A stretch of 64,000 nucleotides of DNA from Curvularia clavata (Eukaryota). Both the position numbers and the translations under genes were made by a program. The first letter of the stretch is position 1, and each line of letters starts with the position of its first letter. The stretch covers positions 1,240,001 through 1,304,000 of the forward strand of contig CP089280.1 in assembly GCA_023920165.1 (NCBI GenBank). The letters are read 5' to 3'. This document shows positions 23,626-36,680 of the stretch, piece by piece. The notes under the pieces are model-generated. The model ran no database searches. It had not been told where the DNA came from and saw only the letters and a program-made list of their open reading frames with translations.

Positions 23626-25278
23626 ATGTTGTCACAAAAGTCAGGAAAGGGTGTGTAGCGCTCTAGAGAGATGAAGACCATTGCGTCTGGCCATTGCTAA
23701 TCTGGTGTTGTCTTAGCAAAGCTTGACGACGTCACTCGCATCCTCGCCGAGTTAAAGGCCGACCTCGACGCAAACAAACTATCCGTCGAGGGTATGATTC
23801 TCTGCGATGCACATCGAGCCAGGGTACTTACGCAGTGAATAGAGAAGAGGAAACTACTTGAGCAGCTCAAGGTATACGGGCGATCTGTCGAGAATTCCGA
23901 CCCTATATTTACCCAAGATGTATACCACTCTCTGTCCCATTTGTTACGAACAGTATCATGACCCCCGCAGGGCCTTCAAACTTTGGGTCGCCATGCGCTT
24001 CATGGAAACACCACTCCAGCATCACAGGAGGCTCTTCGGTGTATAGCCAATGCACTGCTGCTCCAACCCAAGACGCGCCAGATCCTCGTCGACCTAGGAT
24101 TTGGCCCGCATGCGGCAGAGAAGCTAAAGGCAAGATATCAACTGGCTAGTAAACCGCCATTGCAAAGCTGACTTCCTTCAAGAGCGACAGCGTGGACGAC
24201 GAATTCCTTGCCTCGCGCGTCCTCTTCCTCATGACCTACGATGCGAATCTCGACTATGCACAACTCGTGCGCGAAAACCAGTTAGCAGAGAGCATCAATG
24301 CTGCCATAGAACGACACGCGAAGCGTTACTCAACAGCATCACGTCAGCCCATGGAACTCATGGCGCTTTCCGAGACACTGAAGCTCGTTTTCAACATCAT
24401 ACACTTCCACAAAGACCTGAGCCCGCACTTCACAAAATCAATACCATACGTCTTCAAAATACTGGTCCTAAGTGGCACTGCTCAGCCCCCACTGGCACCT
24501 CCTGCAAGAGAACTAGTAAATGCACTCTTGCACTTGGACTTGGAAAGCGAAGAAGGCAAGAAGGCGGTTTTCCCACCAGACGACGCCAAGTGCAACGCCG
24601 AGCACCTGATCAAAATGCTCGATAAGGCCATCATCACCTACCCGTCAAAAGATCTAGACGATGCCATAACCCCTCTTCTCACACTCATCAGGCAAGTATA
24701 CGAAATTGCGCCAGAACAAGTCCAAAAGACCATGGAGAAGATGATCCTCCCCACCACTGAAGAGCGCGACAGGCCCCTTGGAAAGTCAGACACGCTTCCT
24801 TCACGTCTGCTCAATCTCTCAACCTCGGGTCACACCTCGACCCTTCGTGGATCCATCTCATCGATGCTGTTTGAACTGTCTCACAAAGATCCCGCCACTT
24901 TCGTCCACAACGTCGGCTATGGCTTTGCATCTGGATATCTCATGTCCAATAACATTCAAATGCCAGAGGAGGTCATGAGGGCGAATGCACCTCAGGATGT
25001 TGCAGAGGGCATACCTGTCAACCCCATTACCGGACAGAGACTGGACAAGGAGGAGCAGGTACCACAGGAGCCGATGACGCAAGAAGAGAAGGAAAGAGAG
25101 GCAGAGCGCTTGTTTGTTCTGTTTGAAAGGTATGTCGTGGTTTCCCCTGCGCCTCTATAACGGGTTTGCTAACACTTTTCTCAGACTCAAAGCTACTGGT
25201 GTCGTCGATGTACAGAACCCGGTGGAGGAAGCCTATCGTTCAGGGCGCATAGAAGAATTGCCCGATGATTCCGATTAA
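23626..25278 (+). CDS. RIC8: Ric8/synembryn G-alpha guanine nucleotide exchange factor
   Basis: Six exons (introns 23651-23716, 23792-23842, 23920-23970, GC-AG 24130-24182, 25130-25184). EALRCIANALLL, DDEFLASRVLFLMTY, NVGYGFASG, VNPITGQ, MTQEEKEREAERLFVLFERL. Confidence 0.93.
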
Positions 25279-25639
25279 CTCGGTTGTCTAGATAGCTACT
25301 AAGAAATCGCGGCATGCCATAGAATAATGGATACGAAGTAGCCTCCAGTGCGTCCTTTCCCACGCCTCTCGCCCACCATAAAATAAAACTACAGGAAAAA
25401 CTTGATAGATCGCCAAAAACGCATATAGCCCATCATAATCATCTGCTGAAATAAATGAAAGAAAGAAACCCCTTGGCTAATGTCGATTTCAGATCCCCAT
25501 GCTGATCTGATAGTGAATGTATTTCCTCCCTGATTGTCCAAAAATATTGTATGGTAGGTGGTTAGAAGGGGTATCGATAGCTTGTTCGCTAGTATGAACG
25601 TAGAAAAGGAGAGACAGAAAGATAGGCCAGGCTGAGACC

Positions 25640-27532
25640 CTAGTTGTAGCGGTGCAGTGAGCGTATGTCTTTGTCGTCTTCGCGCCGAACAGCTCCTGCC
25701 GCAGGTACTTCAACGCTGGGCAGGTAACCCATACCTGCGTCGCTTCTGTACTCACTCACCCATAAAGGACTAAGCAGCTGCCTGCATGCAATAATGGCGA
25801 GGTTTCCGAGGTAGGCGTTGATTCGACAGATGGGATATGCACCCAACCACAGCAGAAGTAATGTGCCTGTGCCCTTCTGCCACGATATTATGTTACCAAT
25901 GATAGCGAGCGGTTCATTGCTTAATATTGAATGGAGTGTTGTAAGCCAGTCCAAAATGCCAGTTGTATGAAGGAGGAAGGCTGAGCTGCATGCTCCAGCA
26001 ATGTATATGGCAAGCCGCATGTCGAGTTTGCATATGGTAGCGAAGATGGAGATGACCCCAATTGTAGCAATGAATCGGCAAATGAGGAGTTTGGCAAGCC
26101 CTGGAATTGCACTGAGGAAAGCAAAACCTTCGATAATGTGCTCCGCTTGCGACTCAAAGGCATCAAGCCGCTGGGCAATCCTGTCGACTTGTACGAGAGA
26201 GCGGCCAGCGGCGTCGTTGGTTTTGTTCATGGCGTCTTGAGCAGCACTCATGTAGCTGGAAAGAACCTCGTAACTGTGTACTTGGGCCTCATGGTTGATC
26301 CGCAGACTTTCCAGCGCATCTCCATGATATTGCTGGAGCTGATCCGAAAAGTACTTGGCCAGTTGTGAACTCTCCGCCGTCAGATCCTGCGAAAACCGTT
26401 GCATCCTCTCAACTATCCGATTCATCTCGTCGCTCTGACTAGTTGCCAGTGCTTTTATGAAATCTGAAACGGATGACTCTATGAATTTGTGGAATTTATT
26501 ATCGATCGCTTCCACTGTCGCAACCGCGTTTGTTCTGACTGCCTGGAGGTCTTTCTTAAGCTCTTGATGCGAACCTCGGGCTTCTTCTGCATATCGTCTC
26601 TGCTCGTGAATCAATGACTCGTAATTCTCAGTTGTCTTTTGCATATTGGCATTCACATCGCCAACAATCTGAGTAAGGTTTTTGAAAACCTCGAGGTGGT
26701 TTTCTCGTTCGATCGCGTCTCTACTTGCCTGACACATGACAACCGCGTTCTGGCGGGCATTGCTGAATGATGTCCAATACTGAGGTGTCGATTGAAGACT
26801 TTTGAGACACTGCATATACTGGTGTTCTTTAAACTGGGGGTAGCATTGTTTATCACCTGGTATCGCGGCTGGTCGAGCGTGCCACCAACCGCCGCCCTTA
26901 TTGCAATGTCTCGCGGCTGGGACGAGTACATCGCAGTGTGGCGGTGCTATTGAATTTAGAGGCTGAGCACTGAGAAGTTCGCACACAGCCAGTTTGGCTG
27001 CGTATTCCGTTTTGACATTATCCAGATATGCTTCTGGTCGAGTTTTTGTGAACTCCGGTGCATGCTCCAGGAGTTTGCATTCGTTCATCAAGTGCGAAGC
27101 AGCCATTTGAGTGCATGTAGGTGCTGTCTGCATAGATACAACTATATCAAGAGCCTGAGTTATGATCCTTTGGTTTCTGGACGCTGTATGTCGGAAGAGT
27201 GAGTTGACATTGATGGTAGAAGTTGCGTCTGCTGAAGGAGAGTGATAGTGTGACTGCACTTTTGGAAGGAGAAGGATGCTCAAAATGACCATTTTGGCAA
27301 CAATGATCCTGTTGCAAAGGCTTAAAAGGCAGACATGCCGCCGAGTGGCAATGATCATCGACATGGCGAAAAAGATTGTGAGCGAAATCATACAGGAAAT
27401 TGGCAGAAGGAAGCGGGAGAAAGAAGAAAGAAGGAGGACGAGTTGTATCACAAGTATTCTCAGTGTCATTGAAGATGGCCTGAAATATGGTGAGAGAGCG
27501 GGCAAAGCACAGTGGTGTATCGTCTGAAGCAT
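25640..27532 (-). CDS. KAR5: Nuclear membrane fusion protein Kar5/Tht1 family
   Basis: Cys-rich domain (CTQMA..LMNEC, YAAKLAVCEL, CLKSL..PQYWTSFSNARQNAVVMC), coiled coil, C-terminal TM helices. Start codon uncertain (several in-frame ATGs). Confidence 0.85.
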   Translation of the reverse strand: MLQTIHHCALPALSPYFRPSSMTLRILVIQLVLLLSSFSRFLLPISCMISLTIFFAMSMIIATRRHVCLLSLCNRIIVAKMVILSILLLPKVQSHYHSPSADATSTINVNSLFRHTASRNQRIITQALDIVVSMQTAPTCTQMAASHLMNECKLLEHAPEFTKTRPEAYLDNVKTEYAAKLAVCELLSAQPLNSIAPPHCDVLVPAARHCNKGGGWWHARPAAIPGDKQCYPQFKEHQYMQCLKSLQSTPQYWTSFSNARQNAVVMCQASRDAIERENHLEVFKNLTQIVGDVNANMQKTTENYESLIHEQRRYAEEARGSHQELKKDLQAVRTNAVATVEAIDNKFHKFIESSVSDFIKALATSQSDEMNRIVERMQRFSQDLTAESSQLAKYFSDQLQQYHGDALESLRINHEAQVHSYEVLSSYMSAAQDAMNKTNDAAGRSLVQVDRIAQRLDAFESQAEHIIEGFAFLSAIPGLAKLLICRFIATIGVISIFATICKLDMRLAIYIAGACSSAFLLHTTGILDWLTTLHSILSNEPLAIIGNIISWQKGTGTLLLLWLGAYPICRINAYLGNLAIIACRQLLSPLWVSEYRSDAGMGYLPSVEVPAAGAVRREDDKDIRSLHRYN

Positions 27533-27870
27533 CGTTGACGACCTGCGATGCCTGGGTGAGAGCGATTCTGCGGTAAAAGAGCGTCTGTTCAGATGAGATT
27601 ACGTGATTTGGGGGCGAGAGCAAGTTCCCACGGGTGAGAATCAGGTGTCAAACATTCAACCTGTACTTGCGACATATCTTGCAAATAAAAACACGAGTGT
27701 TGTGTTGTTGGCAGATGGGACGATTAGAGGAAGGTGCTGCTGGCGAGCGGGCCAATCACACCAGCCGACCACACCCGCCAACGACGCGCTGTCACGAGAT
27801 TGGATGAGTCAGCACAGAGTTGCGGATTCCCGAAATTCTCGCGGATGCCATTGCGAGCATTGGTACAAAG

Positions 27871-28687
27871 ATGTTCGCCCCAGTACGACAGCGGTGCGCC
27901 CGAAGCCTTGTAAAGGCACCAATTCCCTCTAACGAAGCGATACCAACTTTTCTCTTGCCCGCGTTTTCGAGACCGGCACAGCAGAGGACCTTTACCAGCA
28001 CGACACCATGCCAATCCAAGATCGGGTCCGCGCCGCTTTCGATACCTCAGGGCGTCACCTTCAAGGTAATCGCACCTTCAGCAAAAGATAGGGGGTCGCG
28101 TGTGCAGTCCATGTCCACAGTACATATCAAGGGACCGCTTGGCGAACTTTCAATGGATATCCCTCCATACGTTCATATCAACCAAGAGGCCAACCCTAGT
28201 GCTCCAACGCTCACAATTGAGGATGCCAAGGATGCGAAGCAAAGAGCAATGTGGGGTATGTGTGCTGCGTTTTCTTCAGACTCCCCCAATTTCTAATATC
28301 TGAATAGGCACTACTCGTGCATATCTTCAAAATCATATTCTCGGTGTTAGTGAAGGACACAGCGCCATTCTCCGCTTTGTCGGTGTCGGATTCCGTGCCT
28401 CAGTCGAAAATACCGCGACTACTGTCAAATCAGAATATCCCGGACAAAAGTTTATCAACCTTAAGGTCGGATACTCTCACCCAGTGGAGCTGGGCATACC
28501 TAAGGGCGTTACCGCAAGCACACCGCAACCGACACGATTACTATTAGAGGGTCCAGAGAAAGAGGTGGTTATGCAATTTGCGGCGGAGATCAGGAATTGG
28601 AGGAAACCAGAGCCCTACAAGGGCAAGGGCATCTTCGTTAACGGAGAGACGATTAAACTAAAGAACAAGAGGGTCGGAGGCAAATAA
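27871..28687 (+). CDS. MRPL6: Mitochondrial ribosomal protein uL6m
   Basis: Arg-rich targeting peptide, SKIGSAP, KGPLGEL, MWGTTRA across intron 28256-28307, GVGFRA, WRKPEPYKGKGI. Confidence 0.95.
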
Positions 28688-30142
28688 GCGGGGTCTTCGA
28701 CCGTATGTGTGTACTATATGTATTACAGCTGCATCATTCATGGGGATCCAATACCTCCGGGGCCCGATTGCGACCGATATAATCGATGGAAAAATACATA
28801 CAACCCGCGGACCAATCGCGAGGCGTCCAGGCATGCATGATCAGTTTCTTGTTCTTCTTTGCAAACTCTTCTATATGTCGTTCTCAATGAGACAACCCGG
28901 TAAAGACCAAACAGTCTACTTACATGGCCTGAAGATCGAAGCCCGATCATATCTACTGTAGGAAAATCTGATACTCTACAGACAAACTCTCCAACCAGCA
29001 GTCGATGTGCGTGTGTGAACACATAACGAGATATCTACCCGGCTCTTGTTCTGAGTCTTATGGGTGTCGTCAAAACTGGACATGCTACTTAATCCGCGTA
29101 GACCACAACAGGTCATTAAATGAAGCTTTCGAGATCAACCTGATTTGTGTAAAGATGGTCATTATCACAAACGTACCCGAAAAGCAGCCCTTTCCCTATA
29201 TGTGAAGATCTCTTTTTCGGACGTTGCGTACACGTATGAATAAACTTGGCTGTTTGACCAACTTTCAATCTGATGTCAGTGACACAAAATGCTATTTCTG
29301 TTAGCACAAGTAGGATATGAGAGAAGGGGTATCAGAGGTCAATATGAATAGAAGTTGAGATAATAGAAATAGGACCTCGGGCATAGTAAACAGAGCATGT
29401 TCTATCACCAATCATCTCTTCTAGATCTCAATCTCAATCTCCGAAGGATATATGGGAGCAACCAAATTCCCAGGTTTGAACGCTATTATCGGAGAAGGGA
29501 GATCTGGACTGCGTTGTTGACGGAGATAGGTGGCCAATCGCAACTATCGTCTACATAGGTCAGTCACATGAAGCGATCGCCACGCGAGCTGAAGAGAAAA
29601 ACCCCAAAGTGTGGTCGCATTATAGACCACATCTGCAGCTAACTTCGATATCCCTGTCAAAGGATTCAGGCAACCACAACCCTGAATAGTTTTCGTCCGG
29701 CTGATCCTTCGAGATACTACATAAATTTGTGCACACTCGGAGAATGTCTTTCCAAGTCCGTCGCGGAGGGTAAACAGTCTCTATGCCCCGGCAGAACGTC
29801 CGCATGCATTGCAAAGCTTAGCCTCACCCCACCAAACAAATTGTAAGACGGGTAGGAATGGGAAAGTCTAATCGGGGATAGTGACCTACCAGGGGCCTTG
29901 CAATACGAACCCCCTTGCAGACACGTACAACATGCATCTAGCCATGCCTTAGGCGTATTGAACCACTCTTTTAGCAGGCGCTTCGCTCGCAGGAAGAAGC
30001 CCCTGCAGCTGAATACTTCTAGATTGGCGTCTGGTCCGGGTTGTAGGATTTTGGAGGAACAAAGGATCTCTTTAAATTGTTGTCCTTAATTGCAACATGA
30101 ACAATACTCTTCAGCATCCTACCACGCTTAAGTTCAATCGAG

Positions 30143-31846
30143 ATGCGTTCTTTACTTCTCGCGGCCTTCGCGTCCTTTGCGGTGTCACAAACATTTGAAG
30201 CTTCTGACTTCAATGTCACAGAGGCACTCATCGCCCAAGGCGTCGACGTCGCATCGTTGCCAGGCCTATCCGGTCTTGTAGGACGGTCTTCTAAGACGGC
30301 TTGTGACATTGCTGTTTGTCTCAAACATTTATTTCAGCTTGAAAATGTGCTCACAAATATAGTGTCGCTCTCTCGAACAACTGTATGGAAACGATACAAT
30401 CGAATTCCAAGATGAGCCAGGTTACTCCGCGTTTACATCCTCATTCTGGTCTGGAATTGCCGTGGACGTGAAGCCGTACTGTATCTACAAGCCCTCTAGC
30501 GCTGCCCAGGTTTCGGTCATGGTACTTCTGTCTCGACTCTCACAGTGTCCTTTTGCCGTCAAGTCCGGTGGACACAGTGCTTTTGCAGGCGCCGCCACGA
30601 TTGAGGGAGGTATCACCATGTCTTTCCAAAACATGAAAAGCATTAAGCTTTCAGAGGACAAGAAGATAGCCGCTGTGCAACCAGGCAACACATGGGCCGA
30701 AACCTTGACCGCTCTATCGACTACCGGGGTAACAGTCGTAGCTGGCCGAGTTGGTGATATCGGCGTCGGCGGACTCACGCTTGGTGGTGGCATCTCGTTC
30801 CTAACCAATCAGTATGGTCTGGCCTGCGACAATGTTGCCAGCTACGAAGTAAGTCACTGCTACCGTGTACAAAGAACCATCGCTAAATTTCCCAGGTCGT
30901 AACAGCAAGTGGTATTCTAGTCACCGCAACCCCACAGCAGTACCCAGATCTATACTGGGCCCTGCGCGGTGGCGGAAACAACTTTGGAATCGTCACTACC
31001 TTCCACCTGATGACCAAGCCTCTTCCAAACGACCTGCTCTGGGGTGGAACACGCACCTACCCCGAAGAAGCCTTCCCCGATGTAATCAAGACCTGGATGG
31101 ATCTTGGTTTCAACTCACCCAAAGATCCCAAAGCTGGAAGCTGGCTTGCCTGGCTGGACACCGGTGTGAAACTCGCTTCGACCGAGCTCTGGTATGCTGC
31201 GCCAGACGGCAACGAATCAGCCATTCTCGCGCCATTCTACAACATCACTGCTATATCAGACACGACCAAGACTCGCAGCCACGCCTCATATGTAAAAGAC
31301 AACGAGGCAAATAACCAATACGGCGTCCGTGAGGTCTACTATGTCCTCTCAGCCAAGGCTTCTGTTGAAATCGGCAAACGCGCCATCGACATCTTCTACA
31401 AAGCTGTTCCCAAATTTGCCTCCATGGAAGGCGCATTTCCCGTGCTCATCTGGCAACACGTCACCGACGGCCCACTCAAGAGCAGCTTGCGCAACGGTGG
31501 TAATGCCATGGGCTTCGATGCTAACGGCGGCCCACTCATCATCATCCAGGTCGCCTGCACCTGGAGAAAAGCTGCCGACGACGACCAGGTATACAAGCTC
31601 ACGTCGGACATACTGTCTGCCATCAAGGCTGAGTCGGAAGCCCTCGACAAGCAGAGTAGCTGGGTGTATATGAACTACGCCTCGCAGTTTCAGGATGTGA
31701 TTGCGAGTTATGGGGAGGAGAGCAAGAAGAAGTTGAAGAGCGTGGCGGCCAAGTATGATCCCAAGGAGGTGTTTCAAAAGTTGCAGCCGGGCTACTTTAA
31801 GTTGGATCGCGCACCAAAGCCGGATGCGAGGTTCTTCTCGCACTAG
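30143..31846 (+). CDS. Secreted FAD-linked oxidoreductase (FAD_binding_4/BBE-like)
   Basis: Signal peptide; introns 30314-30362 and 30849-30895; FAVKSGGH, GVGGLTLGGG, DLYWALRGGGNNFGIVT, YMNYA, KYDP..VF. Confidence 0.92.
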
Positions 31847-32229
31847 GGCGTGATGTGAAGGTTGCTCAGGATCCGTAGAGGGATGTAAATAGCTTGAATG
31901 GACGTGACATGTAGATATGGAAACTACTATAGCCTCACTCATCTAAATGTTACAATTGGAAAAATAAACGCGTCCAACACGATCTTTTGGGGTACGCGTG
32001 CTTGTACCAAGAAATCGTTGCTGGAATTGAACTCATGGTCATAACTGTTACAACGTTTTCATAGCAAAATCGTTCGTGATAATCATAGAACAAGCCCTGT
32101 ATGGCCCGCCCTTAAAGCATATCTAACATGAAAAGAAAGTGACCAGCAACCCTTAAACGCCCATTTCTACAACCACTGCGCCCGACCTATGCACTGAATC
32201 AACGCGCCTCGAAGACTTCCGCTCCCTTC

Positions 32230-35200
32230 TCACCGCCGTCCATAAGCCCCGGCCTCCTGTCTCCTTTCCGTCCTCTTGAATCCCAAACTACCCGCCTTCC
32301 TCGCCTTTCTCACCACACTCTCCTCGCCATCATCCTCTTCAGCATTCAGTACTCTTGTGCGCCCATACATGACCATCTCCTGGGCATCATCATCATGCCT
32401 ACGGTCATACTCGCTTTCGCGACTGAAAAGGGCCATCATGTCCTTCATGGTAAGGTTCTTCATAGCCTTGCCACCCTCGATGGCAGCGTTGGCGAGTTTA
32501 CGCTTTGCTTCTTGCAGCTCGATGATGCGCTCTTCGACGGTGTTGTGGATGCTGAGACGGTAGACGGTTACGTCAACGGTTTGGTTGAGACGGTGGACAC
32601 GGTCAATTGCCTGTTCTTCTACGAACTGCAGGAAATGTTAGTTTAAAAGCCCGTCCAAGAAGTGGGAATCAGGGATATACTTACTGGGTTCCAGAAAGGC
32701 TCCATAATGACGACACGACTCGCTGCTGTGAGATTGAGACCGAGACTACCGCATTTCAAACTACACAGCAAGACGCGTGTCCTCTTATTCTCTCGTAGCT
32801 TTTGAAGACTTGCTTCGCGCAGGTCGTTGCGCATGCTACCGTCATAGCGAGTAAAGTCGTACCCAGCGCGCTTGAGAAAAGGCTCAATCAGATCAAGCAT
32901 CGATGTAAATTGCGAGAAAACGATGACCTTGTGCTGATCGGTTTCCTTCTCTAGAATTGCCAAAAGCTGTCTTATCTTGGTAGATGGCGTCAAATCGGAA
33001 GAGTCGTGCGAGTCTTGTGAAGTTTCAGAGTCTGATGCGTCTTCATCCTCCTCTGATTCAGAGCCAGATCCTGATTCGTCTGATCCGCCCTCGCTCTCGT
33101 TCTCGCTACCAGTCTCGTCATCAGAACTGGCTGCGACGACCTTCTTCTCTTTCTTTGCCAGCTTCTTGCGAGACACAGCTGCTTCAGCTTCGCTGTCCGT
33201 GTCGTGAACAATAAACGAGTCCAGGTTGGTTCTGCTCTCATCTGCGCTGTCGGAGGCCTCAGAGTCGACAGATGCCAAGGTATCACCACCGCCTTCAGCG
33301 TTCTCATCGTCGGTTCCACCGGCTTTGCCCAGATCCTCAACCTCTCGTTGGTCTTCTGGAACAAGCCACTCGCCCTCTTCCTCTTCGTCGTCACTATCGA
33401 CTACAAGGCGACGGTTACGAGCTGCTTTTGGAGCGCTTGCCTTTGGCTTTTCCTCCTCTTCCTCGTCTTCTTCTTCTTCCTCCTCATCAGACTCCGCAAT
33501 TGGTTCTGAACGACGGTGCTTCTTCTTAGTTTTTTCGTGCTTGTGCCTATGCTTACGTTCCTTTTTCTTGTCCTTCTTCGTTGACATGTTGAGGTCCTCT
33601 TCACACTCAATGCAGCGCACTCCACCGCTTGCAGTATTGTCGCTGTGGAGGTGATTCTGGCAGATATCGCAACGCTTTGCCGCAACACTAAGTCCGCCAA
33701 GCAGGTCTGCAAGATCATCAGCTTCGTCCTTTGCGGCGGGCTTCCGTGGAGTCTGAAGGCCAGCTGCAGCACTCGATTTTGAGCCAGTGGTTAGAGCGTC
33801 CTTATCATCCTTGACGTTGCTCCTTGTGAGGTTAGGATGATTGCAAGCCTGTCGCAACCGGAGAAGCAACACCAATGCACCAATATAATCTTGCTTCTCG
33901 CCGCCCATCATTTCGTCGAGACGGGCTTGTGTACGGTCGCGCAGACGGTCATAGTATATGCGCTCTTTTGTTGTAAACTCCCCTACAACATTTTCGATAT
34001 TGCGCGCGACAATGTGGAAGGCTGGTTTCTCTTCGCCCTCCTTAGGCTTTCCACCAAAGTTGAGCGCGCCTTCCTTTCGAAGCACATCCTTGGTGCGACG
34101 CTTCATAAAAGCCCTGAGAAATACTTGAAGACGCTTCATAGCCAGGTTGCCACGGCCGTTCTTCATCGGGCCTGCGATCGAGTCCTTCCATGATGATAGC
34201 TCGCAGTAGGGTTGAATGCGGAGAAATTTAATCAAGCTTTGTAGCTCGTCAATGTTGTTTTGCATCGGCGTACCAGTCAGACACCAGCGATAATGGGAGC
34301 GTATGTCGTAGCAGGCCTTGGTCATCTTTGCGTTCCGATTCTTGATGGTATGTGCCTCGTCCAGCATAGTGCGGTACCAGTTCACTGCAAAACAACCTTT
34401 TTTGAGACCATTTGGCCCGTCTCCGCAAGCGCCGTGTTCGGAGGCGAGAACTTGATATGTGGTAATGACAACATCGTACTGTGCTAGTTTCTCTGGTGAC
34501 TTTGTACGATTGGGACCATGGTGAACAAGGACTTTGAGGGCGTGTGACTTTGTGACTTTTGAGTTGATCTCAGATTCCCACTGCTTGATGAGTGCGAGCG
34601 GAGCAACAACAAGAGTACCTTTGCCGGTAGAATCAGCAATTTTGTTCTTCTTGTTCTCTGGCTCGACTCCTTTCTCAGGTCGGGGATTTGACAAGATGAG
34701 AGCGAGTGACTGCACAGTTTTTCCGAGACCCATGTCATCCGCCAATATACCGCCTTTAGGAAGTTTGGCTTTCTTGTTGTGGTTGCCTGTTTCCTTCTCG
34801 ATCATCCACGAAACTCCGTCGACCTGATGTGGCAAAAGCTTGACCTTGAGGCCTTCGACCGTTCCGTCGTCTTCCTCTTCTTCCTCCGGCTCGGGTTCCG
34901 ACTTCTTCTCTTCGTCCTTAACGTCGAGCGCTTTAAGTCTGTCGGCGAGGGATTTACCTGGCTGAAGTTAGTGACACATATTACTTGCAATAATGTGAAT
35001 TTCTCATACTAGCGTCATCCTCTTGTTGCTTCTTCTTCTTCTTACGAAGGCGTGTCCTTGGGATCTTCTCGTTCTCCTCATCAAATGCTCCTTCTAACAA
35101 CGCCTTGATATTCTCGCTCGCAGCACCAGCGTCGACGTATGCGTACATGTCAGGTTCCCCAAAACGACCTCCCTCCGCACGGATTGCTTCGTCTGGATCA

Positions 35201-36015
35201 AAGTTGTCCTCATCGTCCAAGATGACTGTCTGGCGCGCCTGTTGTAGCGGGTTGTGTGTGCCTTTATTCAATGGTCGAAAGTCATCGGCGTCGCCCATGG
35301 ACGAGTATATCGGTCGCGGTGGCGCATGAGTAGTTTTCGGTGGAGGGTTGTAAGGCCTGGAGATGTGCACGGGGCCGCCTTGGGACGGACGTGGCTGAAA
35401 GCTTGAGGCAGGGATCTCAAAGACGTCGGAATCGTCAGACGCTGTGCTATAGCGTGGTGCAGATTGCGAAGAGGGGACCTTGAACGGCCGACTGAGAGTG
35501 TCCATACTCGACTGCGAGCTCTGGGATGGTCTGGCTTGTGCTGAATATTGTGATGGGAGTTTTGTTGTCTGACTGTGTTCGGGTCGCATTTGCCCTGGCT
35601 TGGGTTTGTTGAAGAGGTGTGCAAACTGATCACTCCGGTCTTTCTTTAGTGGGTTCCTCATGGGACTGGTCTCTCCAAATTTTGGCTGTGCTTGTTTGAG
35701 CTCGCCGAGAGGCTTTGGCGTGGGCGCTGCTGCATCGCGGGGTGGATGAACCACCGGAGGCTCTCGCTCGCGTACCATTTTGAGCCTGGCTTGGAGAGTT
35801 TCTCGTTGTTTTGTGTGGCTCGGAGGGCTCTCGATATCGTCGAAAAGCGTGCTGGAATCGCCAAGCAGAGAAGTGGACTGCTCGCGGGGGATCTCGCTAT
35901 CGTCGGAAAAGTATGGTGTAGCGGGTGTAGGGGCTTTGAACACGGGCTTTTTGGCGGTGGAGAAAGTGTCGACCGGTCGAAAAGGCGCACGGTGTTTGCG
36001 CGGGCTTCCAGTCAT
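32230..36015 (-). CDS. SNF2-family ATPase, Rad5/Rad16/Uls1-like clade
   Basis: Introns 35009-34958 and 32684-32626. GGILADDMGLGKT, LDEAH, LTGTPMQN, LRLRQACNHP, VIVFSQF, GLNLTAA, WNPFVEEQAIDRVHR. Confidence 0.93.
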
Positions 36016-36179
36016 GGACTAGCCTAGGCCGCAGTGAGGTGAGTAGACTGTGTGAATGTCCAAGCACTGTGGCGGGGTTGTCAATATGGTTACAACAATC
36101 AAACCAAACCCCTCGCAGCCTGGATGGGCTTGGCGTGTGTTGCCGGGGCACCGCGCCCCACCTCTTTACACGTGGGGGG

Positions 36180-36185
36180 ACGCGT
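36180..36185. promoter_or_regulatory. MCB box (ACGCGT) upstream of the SNF2 gene
   Basis: Exact ACGCGT about 165 nt upstream of the ATG, with a second CACGCG close by. Confidence 0.4.
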
Positions 36186-36680
36186 CTACCATGTCACGCG
36201 ATCACGAGATCTGCCCGCAACATCTCGACCTACGCAGCGTCTTTGGACTACACTGCACCTATTCCATTTTCATCTTGTATCAGCTCGTCTCCAAGCGCAT
36301 TGATAACATTGGTTTCACACTAGGTGGCCAACTTATGGCTTTAGTTCAACATTCCTTTTCACCACAAGCACTGACTTCCCCTTTCGTATGTCACAGCGGA
36401 CCGTCCCTTTTGGCATTGACAGCATTGTAGCTGAGCGTCAATATTGCTGCTTATTGGGCTCACACGCGAGTTTCAGAACTCTATATTTCTGTTTTGATAA
36501 TCAACATGTCTATGCTCGCTGAGCATCCTCAACAATTTAGCTAGAATGTAAAACAACGGTGTTAATCGTCTTCAACGCTTGGATCTACGATAAAAAGATA
36601 CTTCTGCAATGGTGTCGCCCGCATAATCAAGAAAACTTACTCCGTTAGATTAGATCTCCTCTGTCTCTTGACTATCCAGC

